A stretch of 64,000 bases of DNA from Octopus sinensis (lineage: Eukaryota), in NCBI RefSeq assembly GCF_006345805.1, contig NC_043015.1, positions 12,090,001-12,154,000 of the forward strand, written 5' to 3'. The notes beneath the pieces are model-generated. The model was not told the origin of the DNA and made no database searches. It was given only the letters and a program-made list of their open reading frames with translations. Every line of letters begins with the position of its first letter. Within the stretch, counting starts at the first letter, position 1. Shown piece by piece: positions 27,020 to 39,039 of this stretch. Both the position numbers and the translations under genes were made by a program.

Positions 27020-27748
27020 ATACACATATGTACAATTGAGTATAAATGTACATATGTATACATATATAATGTGTGTGTGTGTGTGTGTGCATGTGTGTGT
27101 GTGTATGTGTGTGTGTAATTAGTATGCACAACGCTACTTCGAGTTTCTTTCCCTCAGTCTTATTATTGACATATTTATGAGATGACAGGAAAAATATTTG
27201 TATCTGCGTGCCTGTAAATATGTTTCTGTGTAGGCGATGGGTTTAGATGTGTGTGTGTGTGTGTTGTGTGTGTGTGTGTGTGTGTGTGTACACAAAGTGA
27301 GGTGGAAGCAGAGAGAGAGAGAGAGAGGTCATTATTTATACACTAAATATAGGGCTATGATTTCAGACATTGCTATTTGAATTTCTTAGTAAGTAGATAT
27401 TGGGCGAGAATTATGATGTGATTAATGGATTATCGTGACTGTCTTTCTAATGACCGGCGCTTCTTCATATGGAAAGGTAAAAACCTGTAAGTATCGTTTT
27501 TATTACAAATGGAAACAAAAAGAGAAAAAGAACTGATTTTCAAGGGACTAAACTCCGCATACTTATTAGCTTTTCTGCTAAAGTACCATTTGTCTCCAAG
27601 ATTTGCCTCCCCCATTTAATGTTGTGATCGGTCCATTATGATTTTACTTTGTTTCACTTGAATGAAACACGTGAGGTTTAAGACGGGACACAAACAAATA
27701 CAATAGCTATTCTCCCTCTCTCTCCTTCTCTCACTCTCTCTCTCTCTC

Positions 27749-27783
<35 letters not shown>

Positions 27784-28093
27784 TCTCTTCTCTTCTCTTT
27801 CTCTCTCTATTCCGAATCTCTCTCTCTCTTTTCTCTTCTCTTCTCTTTCTCTCTCTATTCCGAATATGTATTTGGAGTTGTTTTTGTATAGCTCCTAATC
27901 AGCCTTGAAAGAGTACACCAATAATCAAGAGTGTTCTATCCGGCATTTTTGTATGTTTTGAATTAGTGTATTTCAGTTTGTTTTCCATGTTTTTTTTCTT
28001 TTCTTTTTTTTTTTTCTTCTTGGGGAGATTGTCGACTGTGGTCTGAAAAAGATTTAACTATTTCTAGCCGGTCAAACACAACAAAAAGAAAAT

Positions 28094-28237
28094 TGGAAGA
28101 AGAAGAAGAAGAAGAAGAAGAAGAAGAAGAAGAAGAAGAAGAAGAAGAAGAAGAAGGAGGAGGAGGAGGAGGAGGAGGAGGAGGAGGAGGAGGAGGAGGA
28201 GGAGGAGGAGGGGAGGGTCAGGAGGGAGGAGGAGGAG
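28094..28237. repeat. (GAA)n(GGA)n polypurine tract
   Basis: Directly visible. Confidence 0.97.
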
Positions 28238-29364
28238 GTAATCCACCGTTAGATTTAATCTTCTGTTGGTCAACGAGTACTTCCAAACTCGGCAACTTTT
28301 GACTGGATGGTTACTTGGCTACCATTTCAAACAATCTGACTTAACCGAATCCTAAAGGTTCCCAAGAGCTAGCTAACTCCTCAATTTGCTGCGTCCACTC
28401 AGGTAATCTCGACCCGCTTTCTCTTCTATTAACCTTTTTCTGTCCCACACCAGCAACAACGACACCACTACCCCAGGCCTTCCTCTAATCACAATGCCAA
28501 GACCTTACTTCCCAAAATGTCGGCTCTCTGGTATTACCTCCCTGCTCGGTTTTTTTTTCTGCAAGTATCGAATTACAAAAGTCCAAGACTAACATTAATA
28601 GCTTCAATCACACCAGTCGAGTTGTGAGGACAAGGTGGGCACTCTACCCAGGGCGATGCTTTATGGGAGTGCCGCTTTCAGATCTACTATATAAACCTGT
28701 ATATGTTTGAGAACCAGGGTGAGGTGGCAAACTCAAGAGCTACCTCGGTGTGGCACACACTCTAGATACGCCACTGAATGATGACCTGAATAGTCTATGG
28801 TTACTGTTCCTTCCTTCTGTCCTTGTGCATGAATAGAAAATCACACGCGCCATTTGGCTCATTTGGTTGAATAGTTTAGCGTATTGGGCATTTCTTCGGC
28901 GCAACGCATGAACTATAGAGAATATCGGAGCTAAGACTCTACCCTTTGGAACTATGACCAAACTTTGGCAAAGACAGGTAATACTATCACCAAATCTCTG
29001 AAATAGAAGACGTGCATGCTGGCAAAGGTCCCTTTCAAACCTATTGTAAGATACCAGAAGGAATTTCATAGAGTTCGATCAAGGCGGTGTTCCAGCATGG
29101 CCGCAATTTGATGACTGATACAACTAAAAGGAGTAAAAGAATATGTTGGAATAGGGAATGGGTTCTTTGTTCAGCATTCTTGAGCCAAAAAGAAATTCAC
29201 CAGACATCTTCCATAGCTTCCCCATAACGGAATGAGACTTTTCGGCGCAGCAATTTGCATGCTGGCGATTTGCCATTGAACTTGATTTGGTGGCAGCAAT
29301 TTTTGGCGCTAGAGGCAAATATGCGCGCGCACAGAAATATACACATATAGTTAGGATAGAGATG

Positions 29365-29369
29365 GAGAG

Positions 29370-29440
<71 letters not shown>

Positions 29441-29860
29441 AGAAACAGACAGACAGACAGACAGACAGACAGAAACAGACAGACAGACAGACAGAAACAG
29501 ACAGACAGACAGACAGGCGGACAGACAGGCGGACAGATAGGCGGACAGACAGGCGGACAGACAGGCTGACAGACAGGCGGACAGACAGGCGGACAGACAG
29601 GCGGACAGACAGGCGGACAGACAGGCGGACAGACAGGCGGACAGGCAGGCAGGCAGGCAGACAGACAGACAGGCGGACAGACAGGCGGACAGACAGGCGG
29701 ACAAACAGGCGGACAGGCAGGCGGACAGGCAGGCGGACAGGCAGGCGGACAGGCAGGCGGACAGGCAGGCGGACAGGCAGGCGGACAGGCAGGCGGACAG
29801 GCAGGCGGACAGGCAGGCGGACAGGCAGGCGGACAGGCAGGCGGACAGGCTGGCTGGCAG
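29365..29860. repeat. (GA)n/(GACA)n grading into 12-bp minisatellites acagacaggcgg and acaggcaggcgg
   Basis: Directly visible periodicity. Confidence 0.95.
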
Positions 29861-30504
29861 ACAGAGAGGGCGGTGTGAGAGACTACAATTTATTAATTGA
29901 ACGTAATTTACAGATACTTCCATGCTCGCACGCAGAAACAAGAAGAGAAGGGAAAGACAACGAGGGAAACATTAGAACAAAAGAAACGTTAAACAAAAGG
30001 GAACACGAAGACGTCCGATGTCAAATGAGTCTGCGTCTTATCAACGACGCCAAACAGGCAGAGCCAAAACGGCTGTGACAAAGCGTCCCATACCCTTCTC
30101 GTAATGCTGTTGAGGTAAAAACTGTTTTGGTGAGTGATTTCTGCCAGAATACAATAACCTTGCTAGCGAATGGTCTCAACCAATATTCAACAACAAATAT
30201 TTCTGTTATTTTTCAAATTCCTTTCTTCCTTAGTTCCTCGGGGAACCAAGGTTGAGTTGCAGGGGTGCAGTTGTGATATACGGCATATCTGTAGCTTTTA
30301 AACTTGACGGAGCCCATTCCTCACCAGGTCTGGACACAACCTATTTCTTCCAGAGAATAAAAGAAAAACAGTAAGAAATATACAGAAAAGAACACTCGAC
30401 CCACACTTAATTGAAATTTTAAGTAACATCGATCCTAGTTAGTACTTAGATGGGTGACCGCTTGGGAAACCTAGGTGCTGTAAGCATGAAAAAAAAAGGT
30501 GGCG

Positions 30505-30695
30505 TGCTGGCAGAAACGTAAGTACGCCGGGCGAAATGCTCAGCAGTATTTCCACTGTTCTGAGTTCAAATTCCGCCGAGGTCGATTAAATAAGTACCAG
30601 TTACGTACTGGGGTCAATACAATCGACTTAATCCGTTTGTCTGTCCTTGTTTGTCCCCTCTGTGTGTAGCCCCATGTGGGCAGTAAAGAAATAAG
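30505..30695 (+). mobile_element. Family A SINE monomer
   Basis: Head ggtggcgtgctggcagaaacg, B-box gttcaaattcc, end gtgggcagtaaagaaataag. Confidence 0.85.
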
Positions 30696-30699
30696 AAGA

Positions 30700-31040
30700 T
30701 AAGCTTTAGTTCGCGCTGGTGACAAGGGTGTAGGGGACCGATGCGTAGGGTTACACCGAACATAGTGAGATGCTGAATGGAGTGTGCCAGAGTAGAAACC
30801 GAGTGAAACAGAGGAGTGATTAAGAAGAAGGGTGTCTAAAAGTGTTTTGCAAAGCGGTCGGACAAGCGTTGTTTGGCTTATCCAATAATATGAGACTATG
30901 CAGATGTGAGTATAAATTGGATCGCTGCAAGCGCAGATGAAGGAGTTGGCTATATGGAAAGAGTGGTGGTTGGGCCAGGTAAAGGTGTGTGATAGAAAAG
31001 GCCAAGTGTCGCAGCAGGAGATGAAATGGAACAATATCCC
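30700..31040 (-). pseudogene. Penelope-like GIY-YIG endonuclease fragment
   Basis: Minus strand F.CACSDPIYTHIC..YIG.AKQRLSDRFAKH, matching the PLE YIG(Q/E)T.RRL.DRF.EH pattern. Confidence 0.65.
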
Positions 31041-31114
31041 CAAGATGACAACGTAGTTCATGATAATGGTAAACAGCGAATATGTTTTCTGTCATTTAAA
31101 ACTTTCCACTTTGT

Positions 31115-31165
<51 letters not shown>

Positions 31166-31637
31166 ACACACATACACACGCACGCACGCGCACGAGCGCG
31201 CGTATCTAGCTCTATTTACTAATCTAAGGTTAAAGCAACTGAAGTGGTCTAAAAATCAATGACTTTTTAGCCGGAAGGTCAATAGACAACACAAGCTTTC
31301 ATAAAATGAATAGCATATTCGTTTTCATTTCAAGACATTATTTTTCCCTCTTTTTCTCTCATTATCTGTAAATATCTGTTTAGTGACCTATTTTTTAATA
31401 GATGACTATTTATGCATCTGTCTACCGATCTTTGCAAACTTTATACTTATTTCTTCCGCTATATGAGTGTGGGTGAGTGTGTGTGCGGGTAAATATATAT
31501 ATAATATAATATATATTATATATATATATATACCGGAGTAAACACATAAATGTGAAACAAGGTGGAAAAAAAAGTACTCAAATACCAGTGGTAGAGTAAT
31601 ATGCTTTATTTTAAGCAGCAGAAAATTCAACAAAATC

Positions 31638-31673
31638 TGTTACTCTGAGTTTCTCGTTGCCGTTCATCAGACA
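31638..31673 (-). ncRNA. Degenerate minimal hammerhead motif in a pLTR-like repeat (31510-31675)
   Basis: Minus strand tgt CTGATGA a cg gcaa cg a GAAA ctc a gag TA aca. Confidence 0.5.
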
Positions 31674-32080
31674 CACATACAAAATTAAGAGGGTTAGTAA
31701 AGTAGACACCTAATATGCTGAACATAGACCTCAAATCGCCATTACCACGAAGAATGTGTTCTCAAGAAAAAATCTCAGTAAAAACGCTAAAATGTAAATG
31801 ACCAAGACAAATGAAAATATACGAAATAAAAAACGATTAAATGTTATATATATATATATATCTTTGTGTCAGTTCTAAACTGTTCCACTACTTAAACTAA
31901 ATTTTGGGGAGTATAGTGCAATTAACGTACGCATGAACGGGAAACTATTAGTAGCGCCATAAGTACATGTAGTTGAAAAGTTTAGTATTATATATATAAG
32001 GATAATATCGATCTTATCTATGTATGTTCTGTATATATATATATATATATGTATGTGTGTATTCATGTGCTTTCTGGTAT

Positions 32081-32139
32081 ATTCAACTGAAGAAGGCAGA
32101 GCTTCTCTGGAGCAAAGCCAGAAATCCAGGATCTTGAAT
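32081..32139 (+). ncRNA. Type I hammerhead ribozyme motif
   Basis: attcaa CTGAAGA a ggc..gcc a GAAA tcc a gga TC ttgaat: 6-bp stem I, 4-bp stem III with 1-nt loop, AUC cleavage triplet. Confidence 0.65.
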
Positions 32140-32286
32140 TATCCAGTAAAATCTTTTTTTGCTAGTCTATTTTGTCTTTCTGTCTTCTCTCCTGGCGTGA
32201 TATAAACATATAAGGTGGTTTTAGGGTCAGAGTATTGACTGCTATTTCAGCATGGTGGTATCTCTCAGATACCCTATTTATAGTAG

Positions 32287-32334
<48 letters not shown>

Positions 32335-32529
32335 AGTCAATAAAAAAACACAGAGAAAAAGAAAAACCAACGTGTGGACGTAGCACAAGCAATGTTTTAA
32401 CAAGACGCTCAGAGAAGGAGAAGAGTAGTAGTTTTATGTTTGGGAAATAGGAGAAATAGGTATGTCCAAGAAGGAGGGGAAATATCGCCAACAATCACGT
32501 GCGGTTAGATTTTTGAAGTGGTGTAGAGC

Positions 32530-32600
32530 AGTGCTACTTAAAGTGGTGGTCTGCAGACCGGTGCCGGTCCGCGAGCCATCAGCTGCTAGTACGTGGCGAA
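32530..32600 (+). mobile_element. hAT (Charlie-like) terminal fragment
   Basis: cagtgctacttaaagtggtggtctgcagaccggtgccggtccgcg resembles Charlie-type termini; no partner end identified. Confidence 0.45.
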
Positions 32601-32907
32601 TTTCTAGCATATATGTATGTATGTATGTATGATGTATGTATGTATGTATGTATGTATGTATGTATGTATGTATATATGTATGTATGTATGTATGAACAAT
32701 TGCAGCGTGGAAGGTGTTTATAAGCCATATAAAGACGCACAAAGACCGTTAGATTCACTTCAACCTTTTAATTTGATTTGTCAAAATATTTGTGTCGCTC
32801 TGAGACCGCGACTTATTCACTGACAAAATTCAGTGCTGCATCTGAGAAAGTAACAGTCTGTTCATGATTCGTATGTATGTATGTATGTATGTATGTATGT
32901 ATGTATG

Positions 32908-32938
<31 letters not shown>

Positions 32939-33357
32939 GTATGCATATACGAATGTACGTAAGTATGAATGCATTATGTATGTGTGCATGTAAGTATGTG
33001 CGTATGCATGTATATGTATTGTGTCAATGCGTATGCATGCATTCATGCCTATACGCATGTATGTATGTATGTATGTATGTATGTATGTATGTATCTTATG
33101 TATATATGTGAGCATTCATGTATGGAAGTGTGTAAACGTGTCTGTGTGTGTGTATGTATATGTACATGTGAACGTATGTTTATGTACTGGTATGGGCATC
33201 TGTTCATGCTGCATATATGACTATTACTCTGTCGAAAGTGTGTGTGTGTGTGCATGCAAATATAAACCTACCTATACATATGTACACACAATCATATAAA
33301 CACGTATACACACTCACATATATACGTATAGTTTGAAAGTAAACATATATATACGTT

Positions 33358-33452
<95 letters not shown>

Positions 33453-33739
33453 TATGTCACTATTTTTGCAAACAACATTTAAAATCTTTTTTCTATTATA
33501 CATACGCACATACTCATACTTGCATGCTTGTACACACTCATACACAAGTATATAATCACATAACACATAAGACACACGTACACACACACACATACACACG
33601 CACGCTAAAATACACGTGCATCTACACCTACGTACATGCATATTAATCTACGTACACTCATACAATTATATATAACTACATATATGTATTTCAGTATCAT
33701 GCATCTCAACATGTATGTATGGGTTTCCACATGTAAATG

Positions 33740-34130
33740 ACCGAAAGGGTGATTATAGATGGGTACTCCCGAGTGGAATCTAGGTGATACCCCATTCAGA
33801 TTTACGGTTGAGGGTGGGTTTGTATTCCTGTATACAGACAGCTTCAATGACTTGTCTCAGCATTGCATCAGTGGGATGTGTAGATAAGATGTCTAACCTA
33901 AGTCTCCCTTAGGAGCCATTGTGACAGTCTACAGCATGCTGATAGAAGATGGAGTTTGTTTGTGTTTTTCAATGTAGTTGTCCAGGTGTTCTTTGAACCT
34001 ATCATTGATGCTCCTAGAAGTTTCACCAATATATGACTCTGGGATACTCGCGCAAGTCCCTTCTTGGCACTTAATCTGGTATACAGTGCTCTTGATTTTG
34101 CAGTTCACATGCGGGTTTGTAGAACATACT
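33740..34130 (-). pseudogene. Penelope-like GIY-YIG endonuclease fragment
   Basis: CQNDCAVC..VNCKIKSTVYQIKCQEGTC..SYIGETSRSINDRFKEH...LRQVIEAVCIQEYKPTLNRKSEWG. Confidence 0.85.
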
Positions 34131-34139
34131 GCACAATCA

Positions 34140-34390
34140 TTCTGACACGTAATTCTGTCAAACGGTATGATTTATATATAATATATAACGGGAAAGTTTA
34201 CGAAAATAAACAAGGCAGGTGGAGTACAAACAAACAAATGTATTAGTATAGCGCTCAGGAATAGAAATAGAAAAAGTCTTTTACGTTTCGAGCCTACGCT
34301 CTTCGACAGAAAGATACACAGAAAAAAAACAAGGAGAGAAACAAGGAGAGAAAAAAATGCGTGTAGGAGCTAACGATCTATCATGGCATA
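34140..34390 (-). mobile_element. Family C repeat with hammerhead-like fold at 34277-34314
   Basis: Minus strand tcttt CTGTCGA a gagc gtag gctc GAAA cgt A aaaga. Confidence 0.7.
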
Positions 34391-34427
34391 TATATATGGG
34401 TTAGCTGAGTTAGAGGTTAAAATAACC

Positions 34428-34866
34428 GTCTAAGAGATAGAAGTATCCATTACACTACCGGTATATTACTTACTTTTAGCCATCGGCATACATATGAGAA
34501 CATATTATGCTTATAAATTATAGGTAAAGACAAGGATAAACATGAATTTATCAAGAATCAGAATCTAAAGAAAACAGAAAATGGAGAAATATTGATGAAC
34601 AATTCACTTGCATCAATTATTATTTATTAATTCAATAGATTGGATGCAGTCTATTTGTATTGAATTAATAAATAATAATTGATGTAAGTGAATTGTTGTT
34701 CATCAATATTTCTCCATTTTCTGTTTTCTTTAGATTCTGATTCTTGATAAATTCATGTTTATCCTTGTCTTTACCTATAATTTATGAGCATAATATGTTT
34801 TTAGATGTAAGCTCATGGTTAAAAATAAGTAATATACCGGTAGTGTAATGGATACTTCCCTTAGAC
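34428..34866. repeat. ~440-bp palindrome (foldback) with ~20-nt loop
   Basis: gaagtatccattacactaccggtatattactta versus taagtaatataccggtagtgtaatggatacttc; inner arms converge at 34638-34657. Confidence 0.92.
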
Positions 34867-37559
34867 CAGAGATGGGGAACCTGCGGCCTTTCAGGTTATC
34901 AAGTGCGGCCGTCTGCGGCCGTCTGCGGCCATTGATATATTTTTTTTGTTTTTTGACATTCAATATTTTTATCTAAAATCATTATACTCCCTAAACTTGC
35001 AATACACACACACATATACGAAAGAAAGTTAACTGTGATTAGTGATGTCACTCCCAGAGATTGGAATCATTTTTCGTTGAACTCAATGAATTTAAACTCA
35101 GAACAACAAGTATTTAAATGTAATGTTTCCTTGTCAGCCACACCAGCCTAATCAGAGTAAGTGACTTCACGTATGATAAACGAAGATTTCCTGTCTCTTT
35201 CACCTTATCATTTCTACGTGATCCGTGCAACGTACTTTACTTAGTAATTGCGTACTCATGGCCAACTTCTTACTGACTTGTTTTGTGAGACTGATTTAGT
35301 TAAATCCATCAGTGCGTGCGTTAATTTTACATACTTGCTTTTTATCATTGAGATTCCATAATACAGTGATCTTATTCATTACTACACTGTTAAGCCGGCT
35401 GCACACTGATTCAGACAAATCGGTCTGAATCTGTCGATTCATCCAAAGCTACTGAGCAATATACATTTTCTTTTGGGATTATATTTTTCAGTTGCTCTGT
35501 TACATTACAAGCCAATTCATGCTGTCGATCTGTATTAGTCTTTCTTGAAAAAGGCACCTCTTTATATTTGTTAACTTTATCGGGATCTATCCATCCTACC
35601 ACTTCTAAAATGCACTCCTTTATGAGTTCTGCATCGCTGAATGCCTTACCTTTTTTTTCCAAGCAAATATGCAACTTTATATCTGGCTTCCTTTGATGTA
35701 ACACAAATTGGAAAAATTGTCTTTGCTTTTGTTAGACAAGACACCATCCGAAACCATGTTTTTGGGGTCTTGGTCATAACATCAACAATAGTCATTATTT
35801 TGTGAGATTGGAAACCGTCGATATTTGAGGTTATTTCTGCAACAATTAGGTAATGATAAATAATAGTACTAATTACAGAAAAAAATTATAGCTAATCTAG
35901 ACGCTGTTCAGTCTCGAGTGGTAGTAACAATTGCTAAAGTCAAAACCAAATCATGGTTTTGAATGCAAGTTTATCGTGTCTTGTCTAAGACTATTTTATT
36001 TGGGTCAGTGTGCAACCGGGTTTACTAATTCATTATTAAACATTTGTTTTTTATGGCTTTTCAGAATAAATAGATTCTTTTTTAACCCATAATTATGTCA
36101 AGAAAATTAAAACGAACTTTAAAAGAAGGAAACAGGATCTTTAATGAAGAATGAGAATTGCAATATTTTTTAGTAAGTAGTGGAGGCAAAATGTCTTGCT
36201 TTTTTTGTGTGATGCTGAAATTGTAACGGTTAAGAAATTCAATGCACAGCAACATTATGCTCTTCATAAAGACTATAAATATGCCGAATTAGAGGGTGAG
36301 TCTCGAAAGCTAACACTACAGAAATTGAAAGATAGAAAACAAAAGCAAAGACAATTTTTCCAATCTGTGTTACATCAAGGGAATGCTACTACAGAAGCCA
36401 GATATAAAGTTGCATATTTGCTTGAAAAAAAAAGGTAAGGCATTCAGCGATGCAGAACTCATAAAGGAATGCATTTTAGAAGTGGTAGGATGTATAGATC
36501 CCGATAAAGTTAACAAATATAAAGAGGTGCCTTTTTCAAGAAGGACTAATACAGACTGACAGCATGAATTGGCTTGTAATGTAACAGAGCAAGTGAAAAA
36601 TATAATCCCAAAAGAAAATGTATATTACTCAGTAGCTTTGGATGAATCGACAGATTCCACAGATTCAGCACAAGTATTGTATTTTATTCGTGCTATAACT
36701 GAGGATTTTTAATTATATGCAGAATTACTTGCTTTAGGCATCCTTAAAGGAAGGATGCGAGGATAGATATTTTTTAATAACTTCAAAGAGCAATGTCATA
36801 AAGTAGGACTAGATTTTACTAATTTGATAGGTGAGTGCATGGGTGGTGCTCCAGTTATGATGGCTGAAAATGAAGGATTTACTGCACAAATTAAGAGAGT
36901 AACCAAAGAACCAAATGTACTGATTTTTTTTTCATTGTATTTTACATCAGCAAAATCTCTATGCAAAATCTGTCATTTTAAATGACACTTTGCAGAAGGT
37001 TATAAATATTGTAAACTATATTCGAGCAAATGTCCTGAAGCATCGTCAATTTCGAGACATACTGATGGATGAAATTATTTGTGTGGATTTGCCTTGTCAC
37101 TCAGAAGTATGCTGATTGTCGCAAGGTAAAGTATTGGTCAAAATTTTGTCTTTACGAAGGCAAATAATTGACTTCTTTAAAGAAAACAACGCACATTGTG
37201 ATTTATCAAGTTTAAATTTTTACAGAAATGTTGCATTTTTATGTGATGTGATGTCAAAACAAAATGAGTTAAACATTTCGTTGCAAGGCATGAATAAATC
37301 TATTTATGATATGTGGCAAAAAAAGTTGGGCAATTCGAAAAAATTGTCGCTTTTCAAGTTCCTTTTGGCTCAATCAAAACTTTCAGACGAACACTTTCTT
37401 CAGCTTTTACGAAGGTAAGGAGTGAAAATGAAGAAGATATCTGTGTGGTAAGTAGCTTGCTAACCAACCACAAGTGTCTTCTGCTATAGCCCCGGACCGA
37501 CCAATGCCTTGTGAGTGGATTTGGTAGACGGAAACTGAAAGAAGCCTGTCGTATATATG

Positions 37560-37590
<31 letters not shown>

Positions 37591-38280
37591 TATATTTGTG
37601 TGTGTGTGTTGTGTGTGTGTGTGTGTGTGTGTTGTGTGTCCCCCTAGCATTGCTTGACAACCGATGCTGGTGTGTTTATGTCCCCGTCACTTAGCAGTTC
37701 GGCAAAAGAGATCGATAGAATAAGTACTGGGCTTACAAAGAATAAGTCCCGGGGTCGACTTTGCTCGACTAAAGGTGGCGCTCCAGCATGGCCGCAATCA
37801 ACTGACTGAAACAAGTAAAAGAGAGTAAAGAGTAAGAGTAATACGAGTCAGTTGTAGACTCATTAATAGAAGAATATAATAAAAAGATTCAGTGATTTTG
37901 GAAAACGTAACATCACTCTGAAACTTGCTTTTCAGCCTCAGTTTATGCATCAGAGGCTTCCGAAGAGTTACAAATGGAGCTTATTGAAATGTCTGAAGAT
38001 AATATCCTGAAATCTCTGTTTGACAAGAGGGAGAATCCCATCGAAACTTGGAAAAATGCGATAGAATATCTTCGTCTTCGTGAACATGCACGCCGACTAA
38101 TTTCCAGCATTTCTTCAACATACCGTTGTGAATCCACATTCACGTACTTGACGCAAATCAAGAATTCGCTGAGAACGCAGTTGATTGATGAGCGTTTGGA
38201 GGACAAATTGAAACTGAGAACCACTTTGTTAGAGCCTGATATCAAAATGCGTTCTCAAAAAAAGCAAATTCAAAGAAGTC
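34867..38280 (+). mobile_element. Decayed hAT (Charlie/SPIN-like, GTF2IRD2-type transposase) DNA transposon
   Basis: Left terminus cagagatggggaacctgcggcc; transposase from ~36094 (MSRKLKRTLKEGNRIFNEE; C..C..KKFNAQQHY; GKAFSDAELIKEC; SVALDESTD; LSQGKVL; AFLCDV); C-terminal STYRCESTFTYLTQIKNSLRTQL at 37974-38280; multiple stops and frameshifts; right TIR not found. Confidence 0.88.
37440..37830 (+). mobile_element. SINE family B inserted in the hAT transposase
   Basis: gtgtggtaagtagcttgctaaccaaccac...(TA)n(GT)n...gactgaaacaagtaaaagag; transposase reading resumes afterwards (YESVVDSLIEEY). Confidence 0.85.
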
Positions 38281-38282
38281 GT

Positions 38283-38412
38283 TGTTGTTGCTGTTGGTTC
38301 CTTCTAGAGCCACGTCTGACTCATAGAACAGGTTTCCCGGTTTCCTTGGCGTATAGATTCCCCACCTGGACGGGACGCCGGTCCGTCGCAGGTGAGCTGC
38401 AAGATGCAGGAG
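38283..38412 (-). mobile_element. Family E SINE 3' fragment
   Basis: Reverse complement of the 3' part of 18373-18681 (ggaaaccgggaaacc, cacctgcgacggacc). Confidence 0.82.
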
Positions 38413-38484
<72 letters not shown>

Positions 38485-38487
<3 letters not shown>

Positions 38488-38795
38488 CAGTGATCGTAGG
38501 AGCACTAGGAATGATCAAGAAGGGAACCGAAAATTATATGAGAATGATCCCTGGCTTACCATCCCTGCAAGAAGTGCAAAAGATTGTCTTAACTGGTACA
38601 TCACACGTATTGAGAAGAGCATTGTGATGTGAGAACTGTTGATGCTCATGTATTTTAATTTAACTTATAAAAAAAAAAAAAATGAACGAACTATTGAGTT
38701 TGGTTTAATGGCCTACCAATGTATACTATGAGTTTCTTTGCCCTAGGAGTCGGGAAGACACTCGGCAAGAAATGGAAGCAAATTTGAAAGAAGAA
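38485..38795 (+). pseudogene. R4/Dong-type LINE 3' end between (AAT)n tracts
   Basis: IPVIVGALGMIKKG..SLQEVQKIVLTGTSHVLRRAL*, then a 3' UTR and aaaaaaagtaataataa. Confidence 0.8.
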
Positions 38796-38833
38796 AAAAA
38801 GTAATAATAATAATAATAATAATAAATAATAAT

Positions 38834-38865
<32 letters not shown>

Positions 38866-38886
38866 TAATAAATAATAATAATAATA

Positions 38887-38928
<42 letters not shown>

Positions 38929-38949
38929 TAATAATAAATAATAATAATA

Positions 38950-39036
<87 letters not shown>

Positions 39037-39039
39037 GAG

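Noticed and set aside
28740-29069. 109-aa minus-strand ORF in unique-looking DNA
   Set aside because: No recognisable motif in any frame and no clear splice signals.
29287-30078. 263-aa ORF with RRTD/RRTG repeats
   Set aside because: Translation of the 12-bp minisatellite.
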